Of a stretch of 54,458 bases of DNA, positions 13,226-24,650 are shown in pieces (the stretch's first letter is position 1; each line of letters begins with the position of its first letter). The DNA lies in assembly GCA_963575745.1 (NCBI GenBank), contig CAUYUJ010000240.1, forward strand, positions 62,001 to 116,458, in the 5' to 3' direction. Both the position numbers and the translations under genes were made by a program. The notes under the pieces are model-generated. The model worked only from the letters and a program-made list of their open reading frames with translations, was not told the DNA's origin and did no database searches. Source of the stretch: Prorocentrum cordatum (taxonomy: Eukaryota).

Positions 13226-13902
13226 GCGGCCACGGCCCGTCTCCCCGCGGCGGGCGCGCGGGGTCCAAATGCACGCGCTGACGGTGCTGCAGACGATGCT
13301 CGCCGTGGCCGAGCGCGCGGCCCGGAAGGCAAACCGCGCCAGCGCCGGCACTGGCCTAAGTCCCCGAGTGCAGCGGCGCTGGGCCGGGCCCTGCCCTCCT
13401 CGGCGGCCGGGCAAGCGTGCCCCCCTGGTAGCGGAAGATGCGGCCATGGCCACTGCTTTTGTTCCCCAAAGCCAAGTCCGCGCGGTCGCGGCGTCGCGGC
13501 AGGGTGGCGCCGCAGCGGTGCACGCGCTGCTCGCCGGCAGCGCCCGGGTGGCGCAGGTGGCCTCGCGGGGGCCTGGGTGGGTCGCCTGCCTCCGCTGCGG
13601 GTGCTGGGCGCCGCGGTGGCAAGCCTTCGCGAGCCGCCCACGTGGCGGGCGCGTGCCGGTCCTCCCACCGCGCGCGGCCGCGCTGCTGCTCCTGCCGGCG
13701 GTGCGCGCGGGTGCGTCGATGCCGCGTGGCGGGCCGCCCTGCGCGAGCGCCTCGTCGAGCGGCCAGGGGCGCCAGACGGACTCGCGCATCGGCGAATGCT
13801 CTGGAACGCGCGGGCGGGCGCGCTCCACCCCCCGCCCCCTCCTCCCCCCCTCCCCCTCCCCGTCATCCCCCGTGTCACTGGCTTCTTCGGGTTGGTAAGA
13901 TA

Positions 13903-13999
13903 GTGTGTGTGTGCGTGTGCTTGCGAGCGCGTGTGTGTGTGTGAGTGTGTTAGTGTGTGAGTGTGTGTGTGTGTGTGCGTGTGTGCGTGTGTGTGCGTG

Positions 14000-14040
<41 letters not shown>

Positions 14041-14158
14041 GTGTGTGTGTGTGCGTGTGTGTGTGTGTGTGTGCGTGTGTGTGTGTGTGCGTGTGTGTGT
14101 GAATGTGTGTTTGTGCGAGTGTGTGAGTGTGGGTGTGGTAGTGTGTCTGCGTGTGTGC
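13903..14158. repeat. (GT)n microsatellite
   Basis: GT/GC dinucleotide run; a similar tract lies at 10585-10740. Confidence 0.95.
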
Positions 14159-14927
14159 GGGCGTGCTAACCTCAAAGCCACGCATCACGCGGCTTCCACC
14201 ATTTCTTGTTGTTGCCGAGTTGCGTGCATGAGGCTCTTCCTGTCCTGCTCTCTATGCTTTGGGTTGCTCTCTCTCTCTCTGTCCCTCATCCACGGCAGCG
14301 TCTCGACGCCGCACCCTCGAGATCCAGGCCAGTGCCTGAGCGGGCGCAGAGCCCTTCAGCTGGCAGGCCTTGTCCTGCTGCTGACCCGTCTCTGGCCGGT
14401 GGGTTTTTTTTTCCAGTCAGCGGCCGCGAGAGGGTCGGACGGCGGTCGAGCAGCGCTGGAGCGCGCGGAGGTGCGAGGAACGGCCTCACAGGCCGGGCGG
14501 GGGAGCCGCACTCAGGCCATGAAAGTCTGCGTGTGCGTGCCGAGGTGCATGTTCTTGACGTGCGAGGCGATGGTGGCGATGCTGTATTGCTCCCATCGCA
14601 CTTAGGGATCACATCCCAGAAATAATTTCGAGCACCCAGAAAAATATCGAAGCAGCGTCGAACGAGTATCGCCTCCCAGGGCCCGACACGCGAAAACCCT
14701 CCAGTTGCGGTACTTCCCAGGAGCTCGAAGTTCTTTCTGGTGATCAAGGCTCAAGTAAGTTGGAACATCGGAAGACTGGGGACGTGGCTGCCAACACGAA
14801 CCTTGTCACATGGGCGTGGAATATTGGTGGGATTCTCTGCCCCAAGGTTGGCGTTTTTCGGACGCTCGGGAGGTCTGGAGGACCAGAGCAAGCTGCAATA
14901 CCACTCCCGAGGTAAATTACGCTGAAA

Positions 14928-15133
14928 TATACATACATGTGTGTATACATACAAGCATGCACACCAACGATCATACATAGATCCACACATGCGTACACAT
15001 ACATATATATATAGACATACATGCAGACATACACATCCATACATACATACACACACATACATACATACATACATACATACATACATACATACATACATAC
15101 ATACATGCATGCATGCATGCACACATACATACA

Positions 15134-15167
<34 letters not shown>

Positions 15168-15323
15168 CATACATACCTACGTACGTACGTACGTACATAC
15201 ATATATACATACACACATACATGCATACATACATACATACATACATACATACATACATACACACACATACCTACATACATACATGCATGCATACATACAT
15301 GCATGCATACACACATACATACA

Positions 15324-15357
<34 letters not shown>

Positions 15358-15640
15358 CATACATACATACATACATACATGCATGCATGCATGCATACAT
15401 ACATACATACATACATACGCACACAGACAAACTCATGTAGAGACAGTTACACACATACAGTCAAACATGCATACAAACGAACCACCATTGGTACGTACAC
15501 ACATGCGCACACCAATACACATACATGTATACACCTACAACTATTCATGCACGCATCAATACATGCATGCATACATACCTGCGCACATACAACGACATGC
15601 ATACCTACACTCATACATACATGCAAATATACATACATGC
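14928..15640. repeat. (CATA)n microsatellite
   Basis: ~700 bp of CATA/CATG tetramers. Confidence 0.95.
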
Positions 15641-15803
15641 ATACAAACAGGTAGCGTCGCACATCTGCTCAGAGGTTCGGCGGGCCGCGACGCCAAGTCG
15701 CTCTCGGCACCATCGGGCTGCGCCATGTCGTCGCCATTGCCTCCTGGCGCTTGCGCGAGGCCCATGGCACGCTGAGGCTGGTTCCCCGTACGGGGACGCG
15801 CTG

Positions 15804-18800
15804 ATGCGAGTGGTCAGCTACAACCCGCTCACGCTGTGCAGGCGCCTCCGCGCGGAGGGGATCAGCCAGGAGCTCGAGCGCTACGACGTGGTAGCGCTGC
15901 AGGGCACGCAGTTGAAGTGGAGCGGGGGCGGGGATGTCTCGAAGAAGACCCTGCCGAAACATGATGCACTGCACTGGGGTTGGGGACGAGGCGGGCACAC
16001 TTACAAAGCGTGCGGTGTCTCGATGTTCTTCAAGAAGGGGTTCAAGGTGCTGAAGTTGCTGGCGCCGCCACCTGCCTTGAGGGGGCGCGGCGGCGGTGCG
16101 CGCCTGAGGCGGGGCGCACTGGACATACTGGTGCTGGCTCTGTACTTCCCTGTGCGGGGACTGGCGGTCCAGCGGGCGGCGGCGGACGCGCTCTTCACGT
16201 GGACGCAGCGCTGCCTCATGGAGACCCCCACTCGCTGCACGCCACTGCTTTGTGCCGACCTCAACGACGGGCTGGGCATGGTCAAGTATGAGGCGGGGGT
16301 CTTCTCGCCCCTGTCGGAGGCCATTGAGGGGGGGGGGGGGGGTCGAGCCTGCGCTGGGGCACGAGTCGGGGGCTGCGTGGAGACGTCTCTGCGAGGATTG
16401 GGGGCTCGCCACGGTCAACACCTTCTATGAGGGCTACACGTTCTCGGGCCCCACGGGGGCCAGGTCGAGGCCAGATGTGGTCGCGCTGACCCGCGAGCTC
16501 ATGTCGAGCGTGGACGGCTGCAAGCCTCTCTACGCGATCGGCGACAGACTGCAGGCCATTCGCGCGAGAGGCAGGAGGGATCACACGCCTTTGGGAGTGT
16601 CGGTGATGATCACGCCTGTGCACCCCGAGATCCTTCCCAGGAGCGTAAGGGCGCAGTGGGATATGGACGCTTGCATGCAGGCCCTGAAGCGTCACCAGGG
16701 GAAGGTGGAGTTCTTGAGGGAGCTGGAGCGTCAGTGCGAGGGCATGGTCCGTCCCCACTTGGAGGAGGAGCTGGGCCCCGACGAGGCGTGGGATGAGCTG
16801 GTGGAGGTGGTGCGCGAGACGGGCCTGGCGCACTTCGGCATCAGGGCGCGCGACACGGGTGAGATTGAGGAGGCGACGGCTCAGCGCAAGAAGCTACTGC
16901 AGGAGCGGGCTGCCATTCGCCGTCGGCACGTCGTCGAGGGCGAGGCGGCGGCTTCGACGGACGCCGAGGTGGAGAGGTGCGAGCGTGAGCTCAGGGACGC
17001 CACGCGCCGCCTGCATGCGCTGCAGCGGCAGCAGCGCAGGCGGCTCCGCGCGGTGCGCTGCGAGGCGCTGGCGGAGGCGGAGCGGGTGGGCGACGCGGCC
17101 GCGGTCTGGAAGCTGGCCCACCTGCTGGGCGAGCGGGCGCTGGCTGGGGGGCTACGCGGCGACGGAGCTGGACACGAGGCCGTACCTGGAGCAGTTGAGG
17201 CCCCCGCTGACCAAGTGCTTTTCGGCGCAGGCGGCCGAGGAGGCGGCGTTGCAGTACCTGGAGGAGCTGGAGGAGCGCCGCGGAGGAGGATGCAGCCCAG
17301 GCGGGCGGCGCCGCCGTGGTCGGCGCCTGTGCCAGTATGGAGGATGTGCCTGGAGCCGATGGCGGCGGTGGCGCAGGGCGGGGGCATCGGCTACAGGTCG
17401 GAGCCCCCGAGCATGAAGGCGTTCAGGGAGAGGATGCTGCACTGCTTGGCCCTTGTCCGCGTGTTTCAGGCGGCCCCCCTCGCGTGGTCCAGGTCCAGGG
17501 CTGCGGACATCGGCAGGATAATCCATGTGATGCGCCCCATCGGCAAGTGCTACACCTCGGTGCTGGCGGCGAGGGCCCAGAAGGAGAAGGCGGCGCCAAA
17601 TGACGTCGGCTTTGTCCCTAGGGGCTCCAGGGACGGGGCTTTGGCGGTTGCGGCGGTGGTGGCCGAGCGGGCTGCGCACTTCGGCCTCGCGGCGCTCACG
17701 AGCTTCAAGGACCTGGGCAAGGCGTTCCAGTGCCCGTCCGCGCGAGACATGCTGCGGGGCCTGGAGGGCATGGTGCGCGAGGAGGACCACCCCATCGTGT
17801 CGCGCAGGGTCCTCGACTACCACTGCGAGGTGGAGACGGCCGAGGGAGCGTTGCGCATGAAGACCAACCAGGGCGTGCTCATCGGTGACTCGCTTGGCCC
17901 CCGCTCTTCCTTGAGGTTCTCACGCCGGTGGCGACAGAGTGGGCCATCGAGGACTCGGGTCGCCCCGACGCGCAGCTGCTGGAGGCGAAGTCCGTCGTCA
18001 CGGGCACCGTGCTCGACCTCAGCCTCACGAAGTTCGCGGGCGACCTATACAAGCGCTTCGCTTCGTGGTGCCACGACACCGTGATCAAGAACCACAAGGC
18101 CTCCGACGAGCTGTTGGACGGGCTGCTGGAGCCGCGCGGTTTCCAGCAGAACATCTCCAAGCAGTACACTATGTGTGCCTTCCGTGGTGCGGGGGCCAGG
18201 GCCTGGACGAGGGCCTTCTTCGCGGGCAGGCTCGGCGTGCGGGGCAACTGCTCGACGGTCGCCCGCTACCTCGGCCCGATGCTGCACTACCAGGGCGGCC
18301 TGGCGACGGAGGTCAGGGCTCGCGTGGCGGCGGCCACGCGGGGCTTCGCGGACATGGGGCGCTTCTGGAAGTCCGAGGTCTCCGTCGAGGTGGTGCGCCA
18401 GGTCTTCCGCTCAAAGGTGCTGGGGGCCATCCTCTCTGGGACGGCTGCGGTTGTGCCCACGCAGTCTTTCCTGACGTCCCTGGGGGGGCCGCTCTGCGCC
18501 TAGGCCGTTCGGCTCTGGGTGCGCGGGTGTCGCGGGGCTTCCTGGCGGAGGAGGGCTACCAGCACAGGGCCATGCCCGCCCAGGTCGTGCGTCAGCTGCT
18601 GCAGATGGCGGACATCGAGACCGAGTTACCCGTGGTGAGGCTCGGGTTCATGAAGTGCATGGTGCGCCATCCCGAGGACCTCGAGATGGAGCTCACGGCG
18701 CTGTTTGGACAATTGCCCTTCGTGCTGCAGCCCGTGTTGGGCGAGGGCGGCCGCCTGGGCGAGGGAGCTGCGGCGCTCGCGAGGCTGCTGGTGGACGACA

Positions 18801-19100
18801 TGAAGCTGCTCATGCGCGCGTCGGAGCGCGCGGACCTGCTGGAAGTGTGGGGCGGGCGCCCCCTCCTGCTGCTGGAAGGACCCCTGCGAGATGAAGTCCT
18901 TCAACTTGATCCGCGGGTGCTTCGGGTTCGCGGCTGGGCGGCCCAGTGCCCACCGTCGCGGGAGGTGCCCGCGGCGGTGCGACATCGCTGGTGGACTCTG
19001 CGTATGCGGCGCCGAAGTTGTTGGTCCCAGATGACATGCGATGTCCTGTGTGTGGCGAGCTGTCACCGGCATTGGAGCACCACTACAGCCATTTCCTCTC
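15804..19100 (+). pseudogene. LINE pol (APE endonuclease + RT + Zn finger), frameshifted
   Basis: APE: RVVSYN, DVVALQGTQ, GVSMF, ADLN, VNTF..YTF...SRPD, RDHTP. RT: GFVPRGSR, KDLGKAF, GVLIGDSLGP, FAGDL (FADD mutated), RYLGP. C-terminal CPVCG..H..H near 19045. Confidence 0.85.
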
Positions 19101-19399
19101 TGTGCATTTCGCTGGACGGAGACCAGTCTTGCTGCCGCCGCGGCCTCCGAAACCTCGCTGCCATGCGGCAAGCACCTGGTTGGGCTCTGGCGGGTGCGCC
19201 AGCCGTGGCCGAGGGCGGGGCGCGCGTGGTGGAGGGAGGCCCTCCAGGCGGCCGTCGTGTGCGCCATCGCCCCGCGGGAGGAGGTCCACGTCGAGGGGAA
19301 GAGGCGGACCATGACGAGGCGGCGCCCCTACCGCGAGGCAGGGCCAAGGCCGCCGCGGAGCCTCGCGCCCGCCGCCAGCGGGGCGAGGGCGAGGGGACG

Positions 19400-19879
19400 A
19401 TGGCCGCGATGGCGTGCCTGGTGCTCTCGCACGACCTCCTGTTCCGCGACCTCGGGTCGGCCTGCTTCACGTTCAAGGTGCCGCTCGACCACGACGTGAT
19501 CAAGAACGTGAAGGATGGGGGCACGACCTACGGCTACATGGGCCGCGGCAAGAGCCCCTCGCTGCGCGGCCTGGGGCCGCCGCTGCCCTACCTCACGGAG
19601 GCGGCGGTGCGCTCCCGCGCCAGCATGGCGGACGTGACGGGATCCGACCTCGAGGGGCAAGTGAAGGCGTTCCAGGCCCAGGTCAGCGACAAGGGCTTCA
19701 AGTACTCCAAAGTCATGTGCGACCAGAAGCTCACTCGAGGGTGCATGGCGATGGGGGCGACCGAGGTCGCGACCACGTTCAAGAAGGCCATGATCAGGAT
19801 CGGCGGCGAGGAGCTGCAGGACACCGCGCCCCCAGGCGGGCTCCATCGGAGCCCTCAGGTGTGGTTGGGCCAACGCTGA
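19400..19879 (+). CDS. Small ORF of unknown function inside the LINE, 3' of pol (159 aa)
   Basis: Open frame with strong GC3 bias and protein-like composition, ending APPGGLHRSPQVWL; lies within the TSD-defined element. Confidence 0.5.
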   Translation: MAAMACLVLSHDLLFRDLGSACFTFKVPLDHDVIKNVKDGGTTYGYMGRGKSPSLRGLGPPLPYLTEAAVRSRASMADVTGSDLEGQVKAFQAQVSDKGFKYSKVMCDQKLTRGCMAMGATEVATTFKKAMIRIGGEELQDTAPPGGLHRSPQVWLGQR

Positions 19880-20477
19880 TGGACGTGATCCTCAGGCTGG
19901 TGGACGGGCGCGGCGGGCGGACCACTGAGACGCGGTCCGTGCCCGCGCCTGCCGAGGCGCGCCGTCGGGGCGCCTCGCCCCCGCCCGCCCTTCGGCTGGG
20001 GCGCCCGCTCGGCCGCGGGGCTGGGGCGGCGGCGGAAGGCGAGGCTGCGCGGGGCGCGCGCGCCGCCTCCTCGCGCGAGCGTGCCGCCGAGAGCTGAGCG
20101 GGGGCTTGTGCCGCTCTCTTCCCTCTTCTCCTGGGGGCCTGGGCCGTCCTGGGTTCCTGGGTCCTCCTGGCCCTGGCCTCCTGGTCCCTGGGCCTTCTCT
20201 CCTCTCGGCGGGGGGCTCCCCAAGAGACAGCGGCGCCTCGCACTGGTGCCCATGCTGTGCTAAAAGTAATACAAACAGGTAACCTCATGCCCGTGAGAAT
20301 AAACACTAGGAGGTAATAAAGTTCGGGGTTCAGGGAGAGATAATAAAAGTAGCCCAGCAGACCTCAGCATAATCTCGAAGTAAGAGATGATCAAGAGGAG
20401 ACCAAGCCGAGCACGTTTTGAGACATCCTTGGCGTTTAGTTTTCATAGAAATATCCTCAACAATGGCTTATCTCTCA

Positions 20478-20840
20478 TGAAACTTGTTTTTTGTAAGTGC
20501 TCGTGTAGGGTAGCTCATGTGCCTCAATTTCCATGGATAGTCAACCCCAGAGATAAAAAAAGGTCAGGCAAGCGTGGGGACAGAGAGAAATATAAAAGAA
20601 GACGAACACAGTAGAAGAATAATAAGAAAGAAGAAGAAGAGGAGAAAAGAAGAGGACGAAGAAAGGAAACATCCAAAGTTCCAAATCTATCAATTTTAAT
20701 GTACAAGCGCTTTATGAAAATTGATTTTTTAAGTGCTCGTGTAGGGTAGCTCATGTGCTTCATTTTCCATGGATAATCAACCCCAGGGATAAAAAAGTTC
20801 AGGCGAGCGTGAGGACAGATAGAAATATAAAAGAAGAAGA
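20478..20840. repeat. Local direct duplication (~125 bp, AT-rich)
   Basis: AAGTGCTCGTGTAGGGTAGCTCATGTGC.TCA.TTTCCATGGATA.TCAACCCCAG occurs at ~20495 and ~20731. Confidence 0.8.
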
Positions 20841-22380
20841 TGAAAGTAGAAGAATAATAAGAACATTGCTCGTTTCGTTTGAGTCTGCCTCCCAAAACTA
20901 TTGGTTTCGCTTGACACATCCTGAAAAAGTGTGATCGCTTCGCTTGATGTTGCTATATCAACATCGCTTGATGTTGCTATCTCAACATAGCGTTTCGAGG
21001 TGATAATGGAGTTCGGCCTCAGCGCTCGCCGCCCAATTTGAATCTTGTATAGGGCGACGGTAATCAACTCTAAACACTGAAGGGGGGGTCCCTTTATTGT
21101 CATCGGCATGCGGTTATACAGACTTACATGCCTACATGCATGCCTAGATACATACATAGAATCAAACAGACACACGCCTGTATATGTAGATGTATATATA
21201 TATACACATGTTATATCTTGTTGCCGCGCCGTGTGCTCTCGACGCGCCCAAATGGACGAAGCCGACACCACGGCAAACCCTACGTCTCGCGCCCCATTTA
21301 GACGAGGCCAGTGCCGCGGGAAACCCTGCGCGCGAGGCGGAATTTGCCCTGTTGGCCGCGGCGCCCTCCTCAAGACGGATGGCCGCGCGTCGGAAGAAAT
21401 GGCGCGGAGGCATGTACACATTCACTCCAGGTGTGTGTGTGTGTGTGTGTACGTGTGTGGATGAGTGATGTGTGTGGTCTTAGAAAGGCAACGGCCTGGT
21501 GCAAGGCGCGCTGGCCCGCCTGGCCTGTTACCGAAGCCTCTCGGTGCCGCCGGTTTCTCTCTCCCTCTCTACTCTCTTTATGCTTCTCTGCTTCCCTCTC
21601 TCTGTCTTTCTCTGTCACTCTCTTCGCCTCCCTCCTCGTCCGCTCTGGTTTGCAGCAGGACCAGCTCGAGCCCTGGAACAACGCATGACCCGGCACTCGT
21701 GCTGAAATCCGCGGTCTCCGTAATCTGTTTGCGCTGGCGTTGCCACGCGCTGGGCGCTGCGAACTGCTAGCCGCTGGGGCTCTGGCATGGCTTACTCGAC
21801 CGCACTACCCCAGGACGCTTGCAGCGCGTGCCAAATCCCCTATCCCGCCTGGCCGTTCGGGCCTTCCTGGCCTGTTCCTCCCACTTCTCTCCCCCCTCCT
21901 CGTCGTGTTCTTCGTCTTTCTGCTATCGCTCGCGCTCCCTCCGTTCTGGGAGTGCGCGGCGTCTGCATGGTGTTCCCATGCCCAGCTCCCCTTCCCTGTC
22001 GCTCCTCTCTTCCCCGCCTTTCCCCTCGCCCTCCTGCCGGCTTGTTGACATACGTACTGTGCATGCCACCGCCTGCTGCTGCAAAGCGCCCTCGTCTTCT
22101 GGCAGTGGTGGAGCCCGGCCTGGCTGGCAGGGCTGCGCCACTCCTCTTGGGGCCCAGCTGTCTCCACACCACCCAGGCACGCGTACAGCGCGTGCTACGC
22201 GCACGGCCTGCACCGCAGCTGCCCGCCTATGCCCATCGACGCTCGTCTCTCCTAGGGCCCCCGTGGCACCGTTTGCATGTGGGCGTTACCCCCGTTTCGG
22301 CACACCCCTCGCACGTATCGTGGCCCCATCGGGGGCCCCACGTAAGGTCCCGGTGTCGCCGTTCGCATGTGGGCGTCACC

Positions 22381-22665
22381 AGTCGAAAACGCACTGGTAA
22401 GCCATGATATATGTTCCGCCTTAGGCGCTCCCATATCCCAGGCTTTGGCTCATATCGCATGAGCAAGAGAGCAAGACGAAGCATGGGATCTGGAGTAAAG
22501 GATAGAAGGGGCATCGTCAATGGAAAAGGTATTTTCCGATCTCAGATACAAGTAGTGCGCCTCAATGAGGCACAATCACATATTAGGCCGGGCCCGGCTT
22601 GAGCCAGGCACGGCAGCGGTGCATGCTCGATATACATCTCGCCTTTAACCCTCTCCGTTTAAAGT
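22381..22665 (-). repeat. 3' LTR
   Basis: Identical to 40414-40698 except T22405 versus A40438. Confidence 0.95.
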
Positions 22666-22769
22666 TGGAGGGGGAGGAGACGAGCAAGCACCGCACTTCT
22701 TCATTACGCGGAAAAACAGTGCTAGGCAACAGCGGCTGCCTACAAGGTAAGGGCGCGCGAGTAGCCTCG

Positions 22770-24650
22770 CTACCGGCGAGTTTCCTCGCTACTAGAGCGC
22801 ACCTGCATGCGGGTTTCCCCGCTAGCTCGGGAGGCAGGGCCGTCCTGAGACGACCTGCCCGCCCTATACGGAGTATGTTTCTTCAGCTCGTGCTTGAAGG
22901 ATTGCTGGCCGGCCATTACCTGTAGGAGCAACGCGCGGTCAATACTACCTTTGGTATGACCATCGGCAGTCATATCCCGCGTGTCACACCATTGGACGCT
23001 TTCAACGATTCCGCGCTCCATCATCTGGCGGATCCAGCTAATGTGCCCAAGCAGAGTGCATTCTGTGGGCTTCTTCAGATCTTTGCTAGACAAAGACTTG
23101 AAGACAGACTCGGCATCAATAGTCAGAGTGACTTTGATACATAGACCACCCATTTCCAATATGTTCTTTAACTGTGTGGGGGTCAATGGTCCCGAGTGTA
23201 GCTCGTGGAGCGTTACAATGGTCGGGTAGCAGTCTTCCAAGTTGTGGGCTGCTGCCAGTGTTTCCGCAGAGTAGCTCGAACGCACCTGCAGTCGATGAGA
23301 CTTGCAGTATGCGTCCACCAGGTGCACGACGGGTTTCCCCGCTTGCGTGTGGCCACGCCTCAGCAGGTTAGCCCCGCGGATACCGTAGCCTTTGACTTCG
23401 TCGTCTTCATCTCCGTTGAGACGACGATAGCCAGAATCGCTATGCAGGTCGACCTCTCCTGTTGGAGTCATAGCTTGATACACGATCTTCTTCGGACCTG
23501 CCTGCAATTTACTGGTAACCGCGTTTAGTCGTCGTACCTGGATGTTTGTCGGTTCCTGGATACGTTGTAGTGAGACGACATAGACCATCAGCCATACCTG
23601 CGTGATCAACGCATAGGCTAGAGCGCCACGAAGACTGACGAACATATCAGAAATCGTCTTTGTCGCTTTGCTCTCAGGATCAGCGCCTGTGAGTTCTGGA
23701 TGTGTGATAGGACGAAGCTGTTTGATGTATTCGTCCTGATCAAGAGTGACGCTCCCATCATCGGTCTTGTTGTACCGAACGGCACAGTTTGTGTATGTGT
23801 GCTTGTTCAGTTTGCACTTTCCAAACGTATCTTCAACACACTTGACATACTTGTCAATAGAATCTTCCTTCCCAGTCATATTGATGTCATCAACGTGTTT
23901 GGCTGTCAAGAGGTTTGAGCTCATCTCGAACTCTTCGTCGTATGAAGTAGGCTGTAGTCCAAAGCTCCTAGTGATGGACCTGAGCTTCAACGAGAATGCC
24001 CTGGGAGCATCCTTCGTGCCCGTCCCCGGCTTCAGACACCGAAGACAGTGCTTTGATTCGACGTATGACTCAAAGCCTGGCAGTGTGCGAAGGACAGCTG
24101 CTGATCCAGGAGGTAGTGTGAAGCACACCACACGCTCTTTCTCGCCCGTTGCCGCGGCGAGCTCGCTATAGGTCAGTCCCTTCAAGAAAGCCATGTTGAT
24201 GTCCAGGGAAGCGATGATCCAAGCTTTGTTGCACGCAGCAGAACTTGCGAGCAGTCTCTGGTTTGACCTCCTTGCCGTGCCAGAGAAGGTTTCGACATCG
24301 AAGGCTTCAATGTCCATGAAGCCACGGAGTACCAAGCGTAACCTGATCGTCCGTTCCATTTCGCCCTTCTCGTTCTTGACAAACTTCCATTTGTATACGT
24401 AGCGTGAAGTCATGATGTTCGACGCTTTGCTCAAGTCAGTCATCTGGAAGCATTTGTTGTCAAGCCACGTCTTCAATTCTGTGTAAAGGGCTTTGGAAAC
24501 TTTGACCGGATGCGCTTGAATGTCGGCCTTCGTGAGTAGATCGTCTTCCTTGACGACCACGGCACGTTTGGAGGCAGCGCTAACATATACTCGCATAGTT
24601 GTGACGCTGCTGTCATCCAACAATCGGCGTTGCTGCTCGGATAACGACTT
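22770..24650 (-). CDS. Copia-type reverse transcriptase + RNase H (3' segment of polyprotein)
   Basis: SRYVYKWK, RLVLRGFMD, LDINMAFLKG, KPGTGTKDAPRAF, HVDD; RNase H SDSGY, SSYSAET, IDAESV, MTADGHTKG. Confidence 0.93.
   Translation of the reverse strand, partial: KSLSEQQRRLLDDSSVTTMRVYVSAASKRAVVVKEDDLLTKADIQAHPVKVSKALYTELKTWLDNKCFQMTDLSKASNIMTSRYVYKWKFVKNEKGEMERTIRLRLVLRGFMDIEAFDVETFSGTARRSNQRLLASSAACNKAWIIASLDINMAFLKGLTYSELAAATGEKERVVCFTLPPGSAAVLRTLPGFESYVESKHCLRCLKPGTGTKDAPRAFSLKLRSITRSFGLQPTSYDEEFEMSSNLLTAKHVDDINMTGKEDSIDKYVKCVEDTFGKCKLNKHTYTNCAVRYNKTDDGSVTLDQDEYIKQLRPITHPELTGADPESKATKTISDMFVSLRGALAYALITQVWLMVYVVSLQRIQEPTNIQVRRLNAVTSKLQAGPKKIVYQAMTPTGEVDLHSDSGYRRLNGDEDDEVKGYGIRGANLLRRGHTQAGKPVVHLVDAYCKSHRLQVRSSYSAETLAAAHNLEDCYPTIVTLHELHSGPLTPTQLKNILEMGGLCIKVTLTIDAESVFKSLSSKDLKKPTECTLLGHISWIRQMMERGIVESVQWCDTRDMTADGHTKGSIDRALLLQVMAGQQSFKHELKKHTPYRAGRSSQDGPASRASGETRMQVRSSSEETRR

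Larger units (their letters stand above)
15654..20268 (+). mobile_element. Degenerate APE-type LINE bounded by a 13-bp TSD
   Basis: ATACAAACAGGTA at 15641-15653 and 20269-20281; endonuclease and RT motifs lie between. Confidence 0.8.

Noticed and set aside
15651..15675. Degenerate spliced leader at the LINE 5' end (GTAGCGTCGCACATCTGCTCAGAG)
   Set aside because: Needs several gaps and mismatches; not distinguishable from chance.
13905..15775. CV-, HT- and MYVC-repeat ORFs
   Set aside because: Translations of (GT)n and (CATA)n microsatellites.
22666..22680. Reading the retrotransposon as plus-strand because of the G-rich tract
   Set aside because: All ORFs and the Met-type PBS are on the minus strand, and the tract follows rather than precedes an LTR on the plus strand.
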